The notes under the pieces are model-generated. The model made no database searches and was not told the DNA's origin. It saw only the letters and a program-made list of their open reading frames with translations. The translations under genes and the position numbers were made by a program. Positions 29,464-31,546 of a stretch of DNA of 31,546 bases are shown here, one piece after another. This DNA comes from Candidatus Rokuibacteriota bacterium (GTDB taxonomy: Bacteria > Methylomirabilota > Methylomirabilia > Rokubacteriales > CSP1-6): positions 1 through 31,546 of the forward strand of contig JACPCX010000155.1 of NCBI GenBank assembly GCA_016184305.1, given 5' to 3'. Numbering within the stretch: position 1 is the first letter of the stretch; each line of letters begins with the position of its first letter.

Positions 29464-30804
29464 TCAGACATGACTCACCGCACCGACCCAGGGCCGAGCG
29501 ATATACGGCCGCTGCAACGGGTACGCGACGAGAAGTTCTGCGTAACGGCGCCAGGGCAGCGTCCGCCCGCGGGTCCGCCGGTTGAGCCACTTACGCCAGA
29601 GCCTCCGAACAGTCCGATAAAACTCCCACAACCGCCGGAAGTTCGTCGGCCGCCCGTAGTACTGGTAGTGGCCCCGCAACATCGCGTTGAGAGCCGCCCA
29701 CTGCTCCACGACCGGCTTGTGCCGGTGTCGCTGACACCATGCCGAAACCCGTTTCAGGCTCCGGCGCAGCCGCTTCCGCATCGTCCGCACGTGGATGGTG
29801 AACTTCCCCCGCCGGCTTCGCCGACAGACGTGGGTAAACCCGAGAAAATCAAACGTGGCCGGCTTCGGCCCCCCGCCCGCTTCCGACTTCGTCAGCGCGG
29901 CCCGCCCAAACTCGATCAGGCGAGTCTTGTCCGGGTGCAGCCTCAGCCCGTACTTCTCGAACCGCTTCCTCAGCACCTCCAGCACCCTCTCGGCATCCTC
30001 CCGATACTGAAAACAGCAAATGAAGTCGTCCGCGTACCGAATTTCGTAGGCCTCGCCCCGCAGCCGCGGCTTCACCACGTCCTCGAACCACTCGTCGAGC
30101 ACGTAGTGCAGGTAGATGTTGGCCAGCAGCGGACTAATCACCTGCCCCTGGCCCACCCCCGTCTGCGTGACCAGCAGCCGTCCGTCCTCCAGTACCCCGA
30201 CGTTGATCCATTTCCCGATCAGCCGGAGTATGCCCCCGTCCCGCACCCGCTTCTCGATCAACTCCATGAGCTGGCTCCTCACGATCGTATCGAAGTACGC
30301 ACTGATGTCCGCTTCCAGCACATAGCCGACCGGCCGCCGACAGATCACCCGGCCGATCTCGTCGAGCGCCTCCTGCGCGTTGCGCCCCGGACGGAAGCCG
30401 TACGAACACCCCAGGAAATCCTGCTCGTAGATCGCCGTGAGCAGCTCCAGCGCCGCCTTCTGCACGATCTTGTCCTCCAGGGCGGGTATGGAGATCGGTC
30501 TCTCCGTCCCCTCCTCTTTCGGGATGTAGACCCTGCGTAGCGGCTGCGCCCGGTACTGCCCGCTCTCCAGCCGATCGTGGAGCTCCTCCAGATTCTCCCT
30601 GACGTGCCCGCCGTACTCCGCGTACGTGACACCATCCACGCCCGCGCTCGCGTCCTTCCGCAAACCCATCCATGCGCGCTCCAACGCCGTCACCGTCAGA
30701 AGATGAGCGATCGAGGTAAACTGAAGTGTCTTGTTCGCCCGAGCCCGTGCGGCTATTCGGTCGAGTCCCGTTGACATGTTTGCTCGATCTCTGAGTACCG
30801 CCAT
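29464..30804 (-). CDS. ltrA: Group II intron reverse transcriptase/maturase, no endonuclease domain
   Basis: SAGVDG, RRVYIPK, EDKIVQ, SYGFRPGR, ADISAYFD, QGQVISPLLANIYL, YADD, LHPDKT, FDFLGF and X/thumb RGHYQYY motifs. No HNH domain. Alternative start 30777. Confidence 0.97.
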   Translation of the reverse strand: MAVLRDRANMSTGLDRIAARARANKTLQFTSIAHLLTVTALERAWMGLRKDASAGVDGVTYAEYGGHVRENLEELHDRLESGQYRAQPLRRVYIPKEEGTERPISIPALEDKIVQKAALELLTAIYEQDFLGCSYGFRPGRNAQEALDEIGRVICRRPVGYVLEADISAYFDTIVRSQLMELIEKRVRDGGILRLIGKWINVGVLEDGRLLVTQTGVGQGQVISPLLANIYLHYVLDEWFEDVVKPRLRGEAYEIRYADDFICCFQYREDAERVLEVLRKRFEKYGLRLHPDKTRLIEFGRAALTKSEAGGGPKPATFDFLGFTHVCRRSRRGKFTIHVRTMRKRLRRSLKRVSAWCQRHRHKPVVEQWAALNAMLRGHYQYYGRPTNFRRLWEFYRTVRRLWRKWLNRRTRGRTLPWRRYAELLVAYPLQRPYIARPWVGAVSHV

Positions 30805-31436
30805 GTCGCCCTCGACCGGTACGTCGGTCTGTTCCCTCCTTCCCTCCCGTGGGTCCCGGCTCTCACCAGTTCCCCACGCTCGTTGGTACTACGAGGTCGT
30901 AAGACTCCTCCACGCCCGTCCCGGCCGTCTCCGGTCTCCCTCGACGGCCCGGTACCTCTCCGCTGAATGCCCGTTCGTTCCCCTGGCCAGGGCATTCACC
31001 CAGCCGGGGCCTGGCCCGTTGCTGTCAGGCGCGCCATGCCTGCTTGGTACGGGAGGAGACGGGAGGTCTCCCAGGTTCCTGGAGAATCCCTGTGAAAGCG
31101 TGCCCCGGGCTAGGGACTCCGGCGGCTCCCAACGACCTCGCCGTATCGGTCGTCCGGATGCTGTCTTCCGCCAGGCTAACGGCGTCGACATCCGCCACGG
31201 TAAACGATTTCGGAGCTGCACCCTCGCGGCCCGCTTCCTCGCTGCCTACGCTTCGCCCCCGCCAGTCGCCCGACGAGAGGCAAGGCTCGCTACCGGCCTG
31301 CCCGCTACGGCTTTGGCCGGGCTGGACTCTCACCAGCTGGACTCTTTCGAGAGGTTTCCGTCAGCTCATGTCGACTTCCCCCTCTCCCAGGCTTAGCCTG
31401 GCGCGATAGCCTGGATTTCCACGGAGCGGAATTCCC

Positions 31437-31546
31437 CTAAGAACTGCCCGAGATCGGCCTCTGTTTGGCCTCCTCGCCGGCGCGGTTGAAGCGTGGGCCG
31501 AGTGCAGTGTCGGCAGCCGCCGTTCCCTCGTAGTTCGGGTCGGCGA
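31437..31546 (-). CDS. Possible 3' end of a convergent gene of unknown function
   Basis: A minus frame is open from the window edge: ADPNYEGTAAADTALGPRFNRAGEEAKQRPISGSS*. No recognisable motif. Confidence 0.3.
   Translation of the reverse strand, partial: ADPNYEGTAAADTALGPRFNRAGEEAKQRPISGSS

Larger units (their letters stand above)
29370..31406 (-). mobile_element. Complete group II intron (IIB-like, ~2037 nt) with non-canonical termini
   Basis: Minus strand begins TCGCGCCAGG, closed by AGGAACCTGGGAG. EBS1 TAGCCTGG pairs with the 5' exon CCAGGCTA. RT ORF, DV and DVI with bulged A are present; the intron ends CTACTCGGA. Excision restores TTC|TAG in the cyclase gene. Confidence 0.92.

Noticed and set aside
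29470..30540. 356-aa plus-strand ORF within the intron
   Set aside because: Antisense shadow of the RT gene with no motifs.
29464..30804. RT as retron, DGR or defence RT
   Set aside because: It has a maturase X domain and is flanked by recognisable DI, DV and DVI intron RNA; no template/variable repeat pair or msr-msd is visible.
31195..31210. EBS2-IBS2 pairing
   Set aside because: Only a weak partial match (GTTT vs AAAT) to the upstream exon was found, so it is not claimed.
31394..31414. TAGCCTGG direct repeat as a target-site duplication or existing twintron
   Set aside because: Both copies are at the same end of the element, group II introns make no TSD, and the flanks do not continue as intron sequence.

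Overview
Very GC-rich bacterial chromosome segment. Gene content and style suggest Candidatus Rokubacteria/Methylomirabilota or a similar diderm lineage, but this is inference only. After the 3' end of an M48-like peptidase gene comes a sigma70-type promoter and a + strand dcw cluster: mraZ-rsmH-ftsL-ftsI-murE-murF-mraY-murD-ftsW-murC-murB-ftsQ-ftsA-ftsZ, with no murG or ddl. It is followed by pgeF-yggS-proC-yggT-divIVA-DUF167-mtnA, a class V aminotransferase, a histidine phosphatase, hisZ, purA and a 1204-aa Zn-ribbon/class III cyclase/STAND ATPase/TPR protein. The most notable element is an apparently complete group II intron (29370-31406, minus strand) inserted exactly between the last sense codon and the stop codon of the cyclase gene. 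It has non-canonical ends (5' UCGCG, 3' GGA), an AAC catalytic triad and a UUA J2/3, and these changes appear to co-vary. An 8-nt EBS1-IBS1 match fixes its 5' boundary. A second notable feature is a nested repeat array with compensatory hairpin changes between ftsA and ftsZ.
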